From NCBI RefSeq assembly GCF_000250675.2, contig NC_018681.1, forward strand, positions 4,897,031 to 4,929,030: a DNA stretch of 32,000 nt. Direction: 5' to 3'. Below, piece after piece: positions 18,092 through 26,756 of the stretch (positions are counted from its first letter, which is position 1; every line of letters begins with the position of its first letter). A model generated the notes under the pieces. The model was not told where the DNA came from and ran no database searches. It saw only the letters and a list, made by a program, of their open reading frames with translations. Source of the stretch: Nocardia brasiliensis ATCC 700358. GTDB taxonomy: Bacteria; Actinomycetota; Actinomycetes; Mycobacteriales; Mycobacteriaceae. A program made the position numbers and the translations under genes.

Positions 18092-18970
18092 ATGGTTGCA
18101 CCTGCGGCAGAAATCGAACTCGGCATCATCGGCGGCAGCGGGTTGTACGACCTGGAAACGCTCGCCGGTCGCCGCGAAGTCGCGCTCACCACACCCTACG
18201 GCGACCCGAGCGACAAGATCGGGGTCGGCCTGCTCGACGGGCGACCCATCGCCTTCCTCGCCCGGCACGGCCGCGGCCACCGCTACCTGCCGACCGAGGT
18301 GCCCGCCGCGGCGAATATCCACGCGCTCAAGCAACTCGGGGTCCAGCGCATCCTCAGCATCAGCGCCGTCGGCAGTCTCCGCGACGAGATCGAGCCGAGC
18401 CATCTGGTGGTGCCCGACCAGATCATCGACCTGACTCGGCACCGCCGGTCCACCTACTTCGGAGCCGGTGCCGTCGCACACGTACCGCTGGGCGACCCCT
18501 TCTGCCCGGTGCTGCGCGCCGGGTTGACCGACGTCGCCGCGTCGACCGGTGCGACCGTGCATCGGGCGGGCACTTACGTCTGCATCGAGGGGCCGCAGTT
18601 CTCCACCAGGGCTGAATCCGAACTCTACCGGGCCTGGAGCACAGACATCATCGGCATGACCGCGGCCACCGAGGCCAAACTCGCAAGAGAGGCCGGAATC
18701 TGTTTCGCCACAATGGCATTGGTCACCGACTACGACTGCTGGCGCACTGACGGGCCGTCCGTCACCGCGGATATGGTCGCGTCGGTGATGCGGGCCAATA
18801 TCGCAACGGCCAAGGACATCATCCGCAAGTTCGCCGCGTCCTCGGACGGCACGGCGCGCGACTGCGAGTGCGCCGATGCGATGCGGCACGCCGTCATGTC
18901 GGACCCCGCGGGCATACCCGGTGACACCGCGGACCGGCTCGCGCTCATCGCCGGAAAACTGCTGCGCTGA
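18092..18970 (+). CDS. flB: Purine nucleoside / MTA phosphorylase-like, 5'-fluoro-5'-deoxyadenosine phosphorylase candidate
   Basis: IGIIGGSGLYDLETL-type motif (LGIIGGSGLYD), VCIEGPQFSTRAESELYR, DIIGMTAATEAKLAREAGI, VTDYDCW; linked to the fluorinase. Confidence 0.93.
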   Translation: MVAPAAEIELGIIGGSGLYDLETLAGRREVALTTPYGDPSDKIGVGLLDGRPIAFLARHGRGHRYLPTEVPAAANIHALKQLGVQRILSISAVGSLRDEIEPSHLVVPDQIIDLTRHRRSTYFGAGAVAHVPLGDPFCPVLRAGLTDVAASTGATVHRAGTYVCIEGPQFSTRAESELYRAWSTDIIGMTAATEAKLAREAGICFATMALVTDYDCWRTDGPSVTADMVASVMRANIATAKDIIRKFAASSDGTARDCECADAMRHAVMSDPAGIPGDTADRLALIAGKLLR

Positions 18971-19005
18971 CACCCTCCCCGACTCTCGAGACCGCAGGAT
19001 TCGTC

Positions 19006-19581
19006 ATGTCCGACACCGTCGACTACTCGACCGCCCCAGACCGCACCGACGACCGGCTCGCCGCCGATGTCGCCGACCTCATCCGGGCCTATCCCGATTT
19101 CCCCTCCCCCGGTGTGCTTTTCCAAGACCTCTGCCCAGTCATCGCGACTCCCACCATGACCACCCGGATCGCCAAAGCGGCGATCCGGCATTTCGCCGGC
19201 GCTTTCGACATCGTCTTGGCGGTGGAAGCACGCGGCTTCGTGTTCGGCACCGCGGTGGCGCAGGAATCGGGCAGCCCGCTGGTGCTCGCCCGCAAATCGG
19301 GAAAGCTGCCGGGGCGGGTGTACAACGTCAGCTACGACCTCGAGTACGGCCGGGCAGCGCTCGAGTTGCAATGCGATGTCCTGCCCCCGTCCGCGCGCGT
19401 CCTGCTCGTCGACGACGTCCTGGCAACCGGTGGAACACTTTCCGCCGCAGCGGAATTGGTGGAACTCGCGCACGCTACCGTGACGGGCTACGCGGTGGTC
19501 GCCACGCTCACCGAGCTCGGCGGGCCCGCCCGGCTCGGGCGATACCAGGGCTACTGCACGCTGACCTTGCCGATCGACTGA
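19006..19581 (+). CDS. apt: Adenine phosphoribosyltransferase
   Basis: YPDFPSPGVLFQDLCPV, DIVLAVEARGFVFG, RKSGKLPG, PRPP motif VLLVDDVLATGGTL. Confidence 0.92.
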   Translation: MSDTVDYSTAPDRTDDRLAADVADLIRAYPDFPSPGVLFQDLCPVIATPTMTTRIAKAAIRHFAGAFDIVLAVEARGFVFGTAVAQESGSPLVLARKSGKLPGRVYNVSYDLEYGRAALELQCDVLPPSARVLLVDDVLATGGTLSAAAELVELAHATVTGYAVVATLTELGGPARLGRYQGYCTLTLPID

Positions 19582-20555
19582 CCCGACGGCGTGATCACCC
19601 GATCCTCGGTGACGATCGCGGTGACGAGATCAGCGGGTGTCACATCGAACGCCGGATTGCAGGCGGTGCTCGCCGCGGGAGCGATTCGCGCACCGCCCAA
19701 TTCGAGCACCTCCGTCGCGGCACGCTCTTCTATCGGCACCTCGGCACCGCTCGGACAGGTCAGATCGATCGTCGCCTCCGGCGCGGCCACGACGAACGGG
19801 ATCCCCACGCGCGCTGCGGCCAACGCGTGGCTCAGCGTGCCGACCTTGTTGACCACGTCACCGTTGGCCGCGATCCGATCCGCACCGACGACCACCGCGT
19901 CGACCCGGCCGTGCACGATCATCCCCGCAGCCGCACCGTCCACGATGACGGTGTGCGCGATCCCGGCCCGGCCGAGTTCCCACGCGGTGAGCCGGCTGCC
20001 CTGCAACAGCGGCCGGGTTTCACAGGCGTACACCAACTCCAGCTTGTTCGCCACATCCAGCGCGCCGATGACCGACAGCGCGGTACCGCATTCGACGCCG
20101 GCCAGCGCACCGGCGTTGCAATGCGTCAGAATCCGCCGGGCGCCGGCGAGCAGGTCGGTGCCGCGCGCGCCGATCGTTCGATTGGCGGTGATGTCGGCGT
20201 CTCGGACGGCCAGCGCCGCGGCCAGGATCGCGTTCGGACCGCCGTCCCGAACCGCGAGCACCTGTTCCACACCCCACGCGAGATTGACCGCGGTGGGTCG
20301 CGCCTCGGTCATGATCACGGCAGCCGCGTCGAGTGCTCGCTCGAGCGATTCGCCCCGTTCCACGGCCCGCAGCGCCGCGAGCGCCACACCGAGCGCGCCC
20401 GCCACACCGAGCGCCATCGCGCCGCGCACCGCGAGCCGGGCGATCTCGCCGGCGAGCTGCGCGGCCGTGGTCACCGTGACGACCACTTCTCGATGTGGTA
20501 GCAACGTTTGATCGAGAATGACTACTTTTCCGTCGACCCAGTCGATTGTCCGCAT
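19551..20555 (-). CDS. mtnA-like: Methylthioribose-1-phosphate isomerase-like, candidate 5-fluoro-5-deoxyribose-1-phosphate isomerase
   Basis: MRTIDWVDGKVVILDQTLLPHREVVV; LTHCNAGALAGVECGTAL; ETRPLLQGSRLTAWELGRAGI; VDAVVVGADRIAANGDVVNKVGT. Confidence 0.93.
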   Translation of the reverse strand: MRTIDWVDGKVVILDQTLLPHREVVVTVTTAAQLAGEIARLAVRGAMALGVAGALGVALAALRAVERGESLERALDAAAVIMTEARPTAVNLAWGVEQVLAVRDGGPNAILAAALAVRDADITANRTIGARGTDLLAGARRILTHCNAGALAGVECGTALSVIGALDVANKLELVYACETRPLLQGSRLTAWELGRAGIAHTVIVDGAAAGMIVHGRVDAVVVGADRIAANGDVVNKVGTLSHALAAARVGIPFVVAAPEATIDLTCPSGAEVPIEERAATEVLELGGARIAPAASTACNPAFDVTPADLVTAIVTEDRVITPSGQSIGKVSVQ

Positions 20556-20708
20556 AGGATCACTTTCCGGCCGGGGTCGTTTTCCGTCAACAACGCGACC
20601 TCGGCCATAGCCGAACGGCCATGTCCCAGAATACTTTCGACGCACAGAGTAGACACGTTCGTCGTATTGCGCTGCCGCAGTGCGGATTATTAATGTCTAT
20701 CGTGAGAA

Positions 20709-20730
20709 ACTGCCGAAACGCAGGGGCAGT
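20709..20730. promoter_or_regulatory. Inverted repeat ACTGCC-N10-GGCAGT upstream of the transaldolase-like gene
   Basis: Read directly in actgccgaaacgcaggggcagt, 22 bp before the ATG at 20753. Confidence 0.25.
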
Positions 20731-20752
20731 GTCTCCCGCCGATCGGAGTGAA

Positions 20753-22600
20753 ATGACCGAGCTCAGCATCGATACGCCTCTGTCGCTTACCGCAATTCGG
20801 GATCTGGTGACCCGCGAGGAGGTGGACAACGAGCAGGTGTTGCATCTGACCGCCAATGAAACGGTGCTGTCCCCGTTCGCACAGAACGTGCTGTCCACCA
20901 AATTGGCGAACCGTTATCTGCTCGAACATCTCGATATGCGGCTGGACTCTCCGTCGCGCCTCAACAACTTCCTCTATCGCGGGCTCAACCGGGTGAACGC
21001 CATCGAGCAATCCGCGACCCAGGTGTGCCGCGAGCTCTTCGGCGCCGAATACACCGAATTCCGTTGCCTTTCCGGCTTGCACGCGATGCAGACGACCTTC
21101 GCCGCACTGTCCCAGCCCGGCGACAAGATCATGCGTATTTCCACGAAGGACGGCGGCCACTTCCTGACCGAGCTCATGTGCCGGTCGTTCGGCAGGCGGA
21201 GCACCACCTACGCGTTCCGCGACCTGTGCACCATCGACATCGAGCGGACGCGGGAGATATTCGAGCGTGAACGTCCGTCGCTGCTGTACATCGACGCCAT
21301 GAACTACCTCTTCCCGTTCCCGCTGCGGGAACTCAAACAGATATGCGGCGACGTCCCGCTGATCTTCGACGCCTCGCACACCCTCGGGTTGATCGCGGGC
21401 GGGCAGTTCCAGGATCCGCTGGCCGAGGGCGCCGACATCCTGCAGGCCAACACACACAAGACCTTCTTCGGCCCGCAGAAGGGACTCATCCTCGGAAAGA
21501 GCCGCAGCCTCATGGAGCGGATCACCTACACACTCTCGAACGGCATGGTGAGCAGCCAGCACACCGCTTCGACCCTCGCGCTGTTCATCGCCCTGCACGA
21601 AATGTATGAAGACGGGCGCGAATACGCGGCGCGGGTGATCGAAAATGCCAGGCATCTGGCGGGTTTGCTCAACGAGCGCGGGATCCCCGTGCTCGCCGCG
21701 GATCGCGGATTCACCCAGAACCACATGTTTTTCATCGACACCCGGCCGCTCGGCGCCGGCCCCATGCTGGCCAAGAAGCTGCTCGACGCGAACATCTCGG
21801 TGAACCGCTCGATCGCGTTCGAGCACATCGATACATTGCGGCTCGGCGTGCAGGAGATCACGCGGCGGGGATACAGCGGCGCCGATCTCGAACGGATCGC
21901 CGGCTGGATCGAACACCTGCTGCTCCGGGACGCGAACCCGGAATCGGTCGCGCGTGATGTCGCGACATTCGTTGTCGGCAGGCAGAATATCCGATACTGC
22001 GGTAAGAGCGCAGGTCCGCGCCGCGCACCTCGCGGCAAGCCGTCACCTGCGACCCCGGCTCGGCCGCGCTGGGTCAACATCAGCCTGACGAAAGCCGACA
22101 ATCGTTGTGCCCCAGAGACGGTCGAAGCCGTCCGCACGCTCGGTGCCGCCGCCGCGGTATTCGAGCACCAAACCGATTCGGCAGGCAACATCAGCGTCCG
22201 GACGAACGGTCACACCTTCGTTTCGGCGAGCGGCTCTTACCTCAAAGATCTGGCGTCGCACGATTTCGTCGAACTGGTCGACTTCGCGGACTGGACGCTC
22301 CGCTGCGAAGGCGCCGGACCGCCGTCGGCGGAGAGCTACATGCACTATCTGGTGCGAACATCGGTGGACGCCCGCTACATCGTGCACAACCACTACATCC
22401 CGGGTGACGAGATCGCGGACCTGGATGTGCTCGTCATCCCGCCCAAGGAGTACGGGAGCGTGCAGCTCGCGGAGGCCGTCGCGAAAGCGGCGCCACGCAG
22501 CCACATCATCTACATCCGGCGCCACGGACTGGTGTTCTGGAGCGATACGCTCGAGGAATGCACCGCCCTGATGGCCCAGGTTGCGAGCCGGCGGATCTGA
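20753..22600 (+). CDS. 4-fluorothreonine transaldolase-like: N-terminal SHMT-like PLP domain fused to C-terminal class II aldolase/adducin-like domain
   Basis: PLP domain: LTANETVLSP...NNFLYRGLN...ADILQANTHKTFFGPQKGLILG (THKT lysine). C-terminal domain: GNISVRTNGHTFVSASG, PPSAESYMHYLVR, YIVHNHYIPGDE, IYIRRHGLVFWSDTLEEC. Confidence 0.9.
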   Translation: MTELSIDTPLSLTAIRDLVTREEVDNEQVLHLTANETVLSPFAQNVLSTKLANRYLLEHLDMRLDSPSRLNNFLYRGLNRVNAIEQSATQVCRELFGAEYTEFRCLSGLHAMQTTFAALSQPGDKIMRISTKDGGHFLTELMCRSFGRRSTTYAFRDLCTIDIERTREIFERERPSLLYIDAMNYLFPFPLRELKQICGDVPLIFDASHTLGLIAGGQFQDPLAEGADILQANTHKTFFGPQKGLILGKSRSLMERITYTLSNGMVSSQHTASTLALFIALHEMYEDGREYAARVIENARHLAGLLNERGIPVLAADRGFTQNHMFFIDTRPLGAGPMLAKKLLDANISVNRSIAFEHIDTLRLGVQEITRRGYSGADLERIAGWIEHLLLRDANPESVARDVATFVVGRQNIRYCGKSAGPRRAPRGKPSPATPARPRWVNISLTKADNRCAPETVEAVRTLGAAAAVFEHQTDSAGNISVRTNGHTFVSASGSYLKDLASHDFVELVDFADWTLRCEGAGPPSAESYMHYLVRTSVDARYIVHNHYIPGDEIADLDVLVIPPKEYGSVQLAEAVAKAAPRSHIIYIRRHGLVFWSDTLEECTALMAQVASRRI

Positions 22601-22607
22601 GCCGCCC

Positions 22608-23183
22608 TTACCAGCCCGACACCGGATAGGTCATGACCAGCACGGCCTCGACATTGTCGGTCGTCGCCTCGTAGAAATGCGGCACGTCGGCGCCGAACAC
22701 CACGAAATCGCCTGCGGCAGCGTCGCAGGGCGTGTCGACGGCGCCGACCCGCAGGCCGCCCTTGGCCACGTGCAGATGCTCCACCGTGCCGACCGTGTGC
22801 GCCGGACTGTCGATCCGGTTGCCCGCCTTACGGATTCGAATCCGCCACACCTCGACGTACACGCCGGCGCCGACGCGCTGCAAAAGTTCCTGTTTGCTGT
22901 AGTCCGGCTCGGACGTGCCGGGCCGGAGCGTGGCCCTCGACGGTGCCGTCGCGACGATGAGATCGCCGAGCGGCAGCCGCAATGCGACCGCGATGGCGGA
23001 CAACGTGTCGATACGCGGATTGCCCGCACCCGATTCCAAAGTGGACAACGTTGCCTTACTGATCCCGGATTGGCGGGCGAGTTCCGCCGCCGACATGCCC
23101 CGAGCCTCCCGCATCCTGCGGATCTGTGCGCCGATGGCCGCGGCGGCACTGTCCAGCTTCGTGCTGTCTGCTAGATCGGACAT
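22608..23183 (-). CDS. XRE-family HTH transcriptional regulator with C-terminal cupin domain
   Basis: IGAQIRRMREARGMSAAELARQSGISKATLSTLESGAGNPRIDTLSAIAVAL; cupin-like GTVEHLHVAKGGLRVG...GDFVVFGADVPHFYEA. Confidence 0.88.
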   Translation of the reverse strand: MSDLADSTKLDSAAAAIGAQIRRMREARGMSAAELARQSGISKATLSTLESGAGNPRIDTLSAIAVALRLPLGDLIVATAPSRATLRPGTSEPDYSKQELLQRVGAGVYVEVWRIRIRKAGNRIDSPAHTVGTVEHLHVAKGGLRVGAVDTPCDAAAGDFVVFGADVPHFYEATTDNVEAVLVMTYPVSGW

Positions 23184-23194
23184 CGACCACCGTT

Positions 23195-23226
23195 CGCTAG
23201 AATGTGCCGCTGGGCTCAATCTAACG
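23195..23226. promoter_or_regulatory. Imperfect 10-bp inverted repeat (CGCTAGAATG-N12-CAATCTAACG) immediately upstream of the XRE-cupin gene
   Basis: Arms match at 8/10 positions; starts 12 bp upstream of the ATG. Confidence 0.3.
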
Positions 23227-23241
23227 TACCGGGCTGGGTGA

Positions 23242-24192
23242 TTACGGTCCGGATCCGGTGGTGTCGGGCCCGGTCCGCAACGGATGACGGCTCGGTTCGG
23301 CGACGACGCGGGCGGGAACTTTCCGTGCCCCTTCGAGACTGCGGCCGACGATCGCGGAACCGACCACCAGCGCGCCGCCTATCCACTGCACCACGGTGAG
23401 CTGCTCACCGGCCACCAGCACCGCGAAAAGGGTCGAAAAGACCGGCTCTGTACAGAGAATCAAGCCGACCCGGGTGGAGCTCGTCCGGCGGGCGCCACGG
23501 AGCTGGGCGAAGAACGCGAACGACGTGCCGATCACGCCGAGATAGACGATCAGCAACCAATTCGATCCGCTCACCGCGCCGGCCAGGCGCCACATCGGCG
23601 CACCCGTCAGTACCGAGGTCGCCGTCGCCAGCAGCAGCACCACGACGAACTCGATCAGGGTGATATTCACCAGCGACTGATTCTGACCTTCGGAACTGCG
23701 GCCGAACAGGGTGATCTGCGTGGCCCTGATCATCGCCGCGGCCAGAATGATCAAATCTCCGCTCTGCGGATGGAATCCACCCTTCGACAACAGCAACAGA
23801 CCGCAGCCGGCAAGCGCGGTGACCGTCGCGAGATAGACCGGAAGCGGTTGTGCCCGGCGACTGAGCACACGCTCGAGGACCGGCACGAGCACCACGGAAA
23901 CGGTGATCAGAAAGCCGGAGTTGGCGGCCGAGGTATGCAGTACGCCAATTGTTTCCAAGATCAGAATGCCGTACAGCATGAACCCGAACGCGATGCCGTT
24001 GCGCACCTCGGACGAGGTGAGCTGAGGCAGCGTGCGTAATGCGAGCAGCGCGATGACCGGTATCGCCGCCGCGAAACGCAGCGCGAGAAAGCCGGCCGCG
24101 GGCACCGCGCTGCCTACCGTCTGCATAACGACGTAGCTGGAACCCCAGGTGATCGCCACCAGCAAGATGGACAGATCCGTCAGGGCCACCAT
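23242..24192 (-). CDS. EamA/DMT-superfamily transporter
   Basis: TDLSILLVAITWGSSYVVMQTV, repeated EamA halves, GVIGTSFAFFAQLRGARRTSSTRVGLILCTEPVFSTLFAVLVAGEQLT. Start assigned to MVALTDLS at 24192. Confidence 0.88.
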   Translation of the reverse strand: MVALTDLSILLVAITWGSSYVVMQTVGSAVPAAGFLALRFAAAIPVIALLALRTLPQLTSSEVRNGIAFGFMLYGILILETIGVLHTSAANSGFLITVSVVLVPVLERVLSRRAQPLPVYLATVTALAGCGLLLLSKGGFHPQSGDLIILAAAMIRATQITLFGRSSEGQNQSLVNITLIEFVVVLLLATATSVLTGAPMWRLAGAVSGSNWLLIVYLGVIGTSFAFFAQLRGARRTSSTRVGLILCTEPVFSTLFAVLVAGEQLTVVQWIGGALVVGSAIVGRSLEGARKVPARVVAEPSRHPLRTGPDTTGSGP

Positions 24193-24730
24193 CGACCCTG
24201 GTTGTGACGCGTCCCCACCCCGCATCGTGGTACACCGTTCCCTCGATCGCCAAAGGTTTGCCACCCTCGACTGCCGTACAGCATATTAGGCTGAATCGTA
24301 CAGTTTGTTACGCCCGGCGCTCTGCCCCCAATTCCGGTGTCAGCGGTAAGTTGTACTGCCTGCTGCGACCTCGTGCACCCTTGCGACTGTCCAGTCGCAT
24401 AGGTCACACTGACTATCGGACATGCAGCGCGGAATGTTCAGGTCACTCGGGCCGCTGCGATCATCGCTCGTCGGCGGACCAGATCATCATGGGAGTCACG
24501 GTGGTTTGCCAGATGAATGCTCGGCGGTCAGCCGAGGCCGCCTGGCAGCACGTCGGCCCCCATGCAACCCTCGAGCGATCCCATTCGCACGCCGACCCGC
24601 AGTCCACACTCGAACCCTGGATGTCCGAGTGCCGGGCCGGCGTTCACAGCACAGGCGCGCACGTTCGGCCTAGGGGTGCGCACCAGCCTCCCTAGTTTTG
24701 ATACACAGCACGAAAGCGGGGGCAGATTTG

Positions 24731-25405
24731 ATGGTTGCACCGGCAGGAATACGACTGGTAGTCGTCGATGAACATGTGTTGTATCGGCACGGAATAGTGG
24801 AGATCCTTTCCCACGAACACGATATGGAAGTCGTCGGGCAATGCGGTGAGCGCGATGTCGAGGCGACGCTCGAGCGGCACCGGCCGGATATCGCGATCAT
24901 CAGCATCAGCCAATACGAGCGGCGACCGGAACGTTGGATACGCAGCGTTCTGCTGAGCACGCCCAGCGCGGTCGCGGTGATCATCCTGGGCGACCGGGAC
25001 ACTCCGCGCGGCATCGGCGATCTGATCGCGGCGGGCGCGGGGGGATACGTGTGGAAGAACTCGACCCGGGAGGAGTTGATCAGCGCGGTACGCAAGATCT
25101 TCGAGAACCCCGAGCAGGTGGTTTTGTCGGTCACCCGAGGCATGCTGCAAGGCCTGGGCAGCGGGGACGGAGCCATACTCTCCACCCGGGAACGAGAGGT
25201 GCTGACTCTCGTCGCCGCGGGCCTGAAGAACTCGCAGATCGCCGACCGGCTGTATCTGGCCGAAGGTACCGTCAAACGGCATCTGACGAATATCTACGCC
25301 AAACTCTCGGCCTCCTCACGCGTCGAAGCGATAAAACAGGCAATCGCCCTGGACCTGCTTTCGGTCGAGGCGATACTCGAGCCCGATGCCTCCAGGCAGC
25401 GATGA
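24731..25405 (+). CDS. NarL/LuxR-type regulator with receiver-like domain lacking the canonical phosphoacceptor Asp (FlG-like by position)
   Basis: RLVVVDEHVLYRHGIVEIL...RPDIAIISISQ...AGAGGYVWKNSTREEL; HTH LSTREREVLTLVAAGLKNSQIADRLYLAEGTVKRHLTNIYAKL. Confidence 0.9.
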   Translation: MVAPAGIRLVVVDEHVLYRHGIVEILSHEHDMEVVGQCGERDVEATLERHRPDIAIISISQYERRPERWIRSVLLSTPSAVAVIILGDRDTPRGIGDLIAAGAGGYVWKNSTREELISAVRKIFENPEQVVLSVTRGMLQGLGSGDGAILSTREREVLTLVAAGLKNSQIADRLYLAEGTVKRHLTNIYAKLSASSRVEAIKQAIALDLLSVEAILEPDASRQR

Positions 25406-25849
25406 ATGTCGCACCGAGCCACCGCGATCGTCGTCGGCTTGGCCGAAAGACCCAGCGCCTTCGCTGCTCTCGATGCGGCCGCCGGTCTGGCCAGAGATCT
25501 CGCGGACGAATTACATGTGGTGCACGCCGTCGATCTAGGCGACTATCCGGTGGATCCCGATATCGATGATTGGGAAAGACGGGCAGACGCGAAACAGGCG
25601 ACCGTGCGGGCGCGCGCAGCGGCCGTGCTCCACGACTATCGTTCGATCGAGTGGACCTACCATGCCCGACGAGGAGCCCCGGAGCGAGTCCTGCTCGCCG
25701 TCGCGCACTCGGTAGACGCCAGGATGATCGTCATCGGCTCGCATCCGCATTCGTTTCTCGGTTATCACTACAGTGGTTCCGTGTCGCGTGCGCTGCTGCG
25801 CCAGCACGAATACCCGATCCTCCTTGTCTCCGAGCGTAGTTCGACCTGA
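25406..25849 (+). CDS. Universal stress protein (UspA family)
   Basis: AIVVGLAERPSAFAALDAAAGLARDLADELHVVHAV; DARMIVIGSHPHSFLGYHYSGSVSRALLRQHEYPILLV. Start directly follows the previous stop. Confidence 0.85.
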   Translation: MSHRATAIVVGLAERPSAFAALDAAAGLARDLADELHVVHAVDLGDYPVDPDIDDWERRADAKQATVRARAAAVLHDYRSIEWTYHARRGAPERVLLAVAHSVDARMIVIGSHPHSFLGYHYSGSVSRALLRQHEYPILLVSERSST

Positions 25850-25887
25850 GTGCGCGCTCTCCGACCCCAGTGCCGGGCACGGCCGGG

Positions 25888-26115
25888 CTACGCCCGGCCG
25901 TGCCCGGTCTTGTGGAACAACACATCTCGGAGCCGGTTCGTACCGACCAGCGCGACACGGCGGACATCCGCGAAGCCGTGGCCTGCCGGTAGCGCGCCGG
26001 TGTCGTCCCCGACCGCGCGCATCGCGTGCAATTCAGCGCTGACACGCTCGACGTCACGGTCGACGAAATTCGTCGAGCCCGCCAGGTGGCTTCTATCGGA
26101 TTCTTTGGTAGTCAT
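25888..26115 (-). CDS. Small hypothetical protein downstream of the YbaK-type gene
   Basis: 75-aa ORF MTTKESDRSHLAGSTNFVDRDVERVSAELHAMRAVGDD, same strand and 40 bp downstream of the YbaK-type gene; no recognised domain. Confidence 0.4.
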   Translation of the reverse strand: MTTKESDRSHLAGSTNFVDRDVERVSAELHAMRAVGDDTGALPAGHGFADVRRVALVGTNRLRDVLFHKTGHGRA

Positions 26116-26155
26116 CAGCAGACCTCCGAGAATGTATGTTCTGTCGGCAATCGGA

Positions 26156-26671
26156 TTACGTCATCGCCTCGCCCATGGCCGCCTCGTACTGCGCGATCTT
26201 CTCGGTGCGCGGTTGGGCCAAGCGCACGTAGTCGCCGGTGCGCAACGCCATCGACCGATCGAGCCGGGCCGCGTTGAAATACAGCTCGGGGATGTCGAGT
26301 ACACCGGGGTCGACGATGAGTTCGAGATCGGGATGAAACGAGAAGGGCAGGATCGTGCCCGCCACGGAACCGGAAAGATTCTCGGCGATCTCGGGGGTGG
26401 CAAAGGAAACATAGGTGCCGTCGAAGAGCGCGCGCACCGCGGTGAGATCGACCTTTGCGTCACCCGGCACCACCGCCAAGACGTACCGCTTGGTCTTCTT
26501 ACCGATCTTCACCATCACCACCATGCATTTCGCCGCATCGTGCAAGTCGTTGCCGCGCATCGGACTGACCAGATCGGTACGGCCCTCCGGTTCATGATCG
26601 ATCAATCGATATTCGGCGGAACCTGCGTCGAGGAACTCGATGAGGCGCTGGTAGGGATCACTCTGGGTCAT
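26156..26671 (-). CDS. YbaK/EbsC (prolyl-tRNA-synthetase-associated editing) domain protein; candidate trans-editing aminoacyl-tRNA deacylase
   Basis: DHEPEGRTDLVSPMRGNDLHDAAKCMVVMVKIGKKTKRYVLAVVPGDAKVDLTAVRALF...ATPEIAENLSGSVAGTILPFSFHPDLELIVDP. Start MTQSDPYQRL at 26671. Confidence 0.85.
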   Translation of the reverse strand: MTQSDPYQRLIEFLDAGSAEYRLIDHEPEGRTDLVSPMRGNDLHDAAKCMVVMVKIGKKTKRYVLAVVPGDAKVDLTAVRALFDGTYVSFATPEIAENLSGSVAGTILPFSFHPDLELIVDPGVLDIPELYFNAARLDRSMALRTGDYVRLAQPRTEKIAQYEAAMGEAMT

Positions 26672-26756
26672 GCGAACCTTTCTGAGTCGACAAAGACCGA
26701 CGCGAGCACAACCTCCAGGCACAGCACATCCCGGCAGGTGTGGTGCGATAGACGAG

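Noticed and set aside
18876-20501. 541-aa plus-strand ORF
   Set aside because: Overlaps apt in another frame and is antisense to the mtnA-like gene. Arg-rich translation without motifs.
20671-20685. Small CCGCA-G-TGCGG palindrome upstream of the transaldolase gene
   Set aside because: Five-bp GC-rich arms are expected by chance in this composition. Not reported as a feature.
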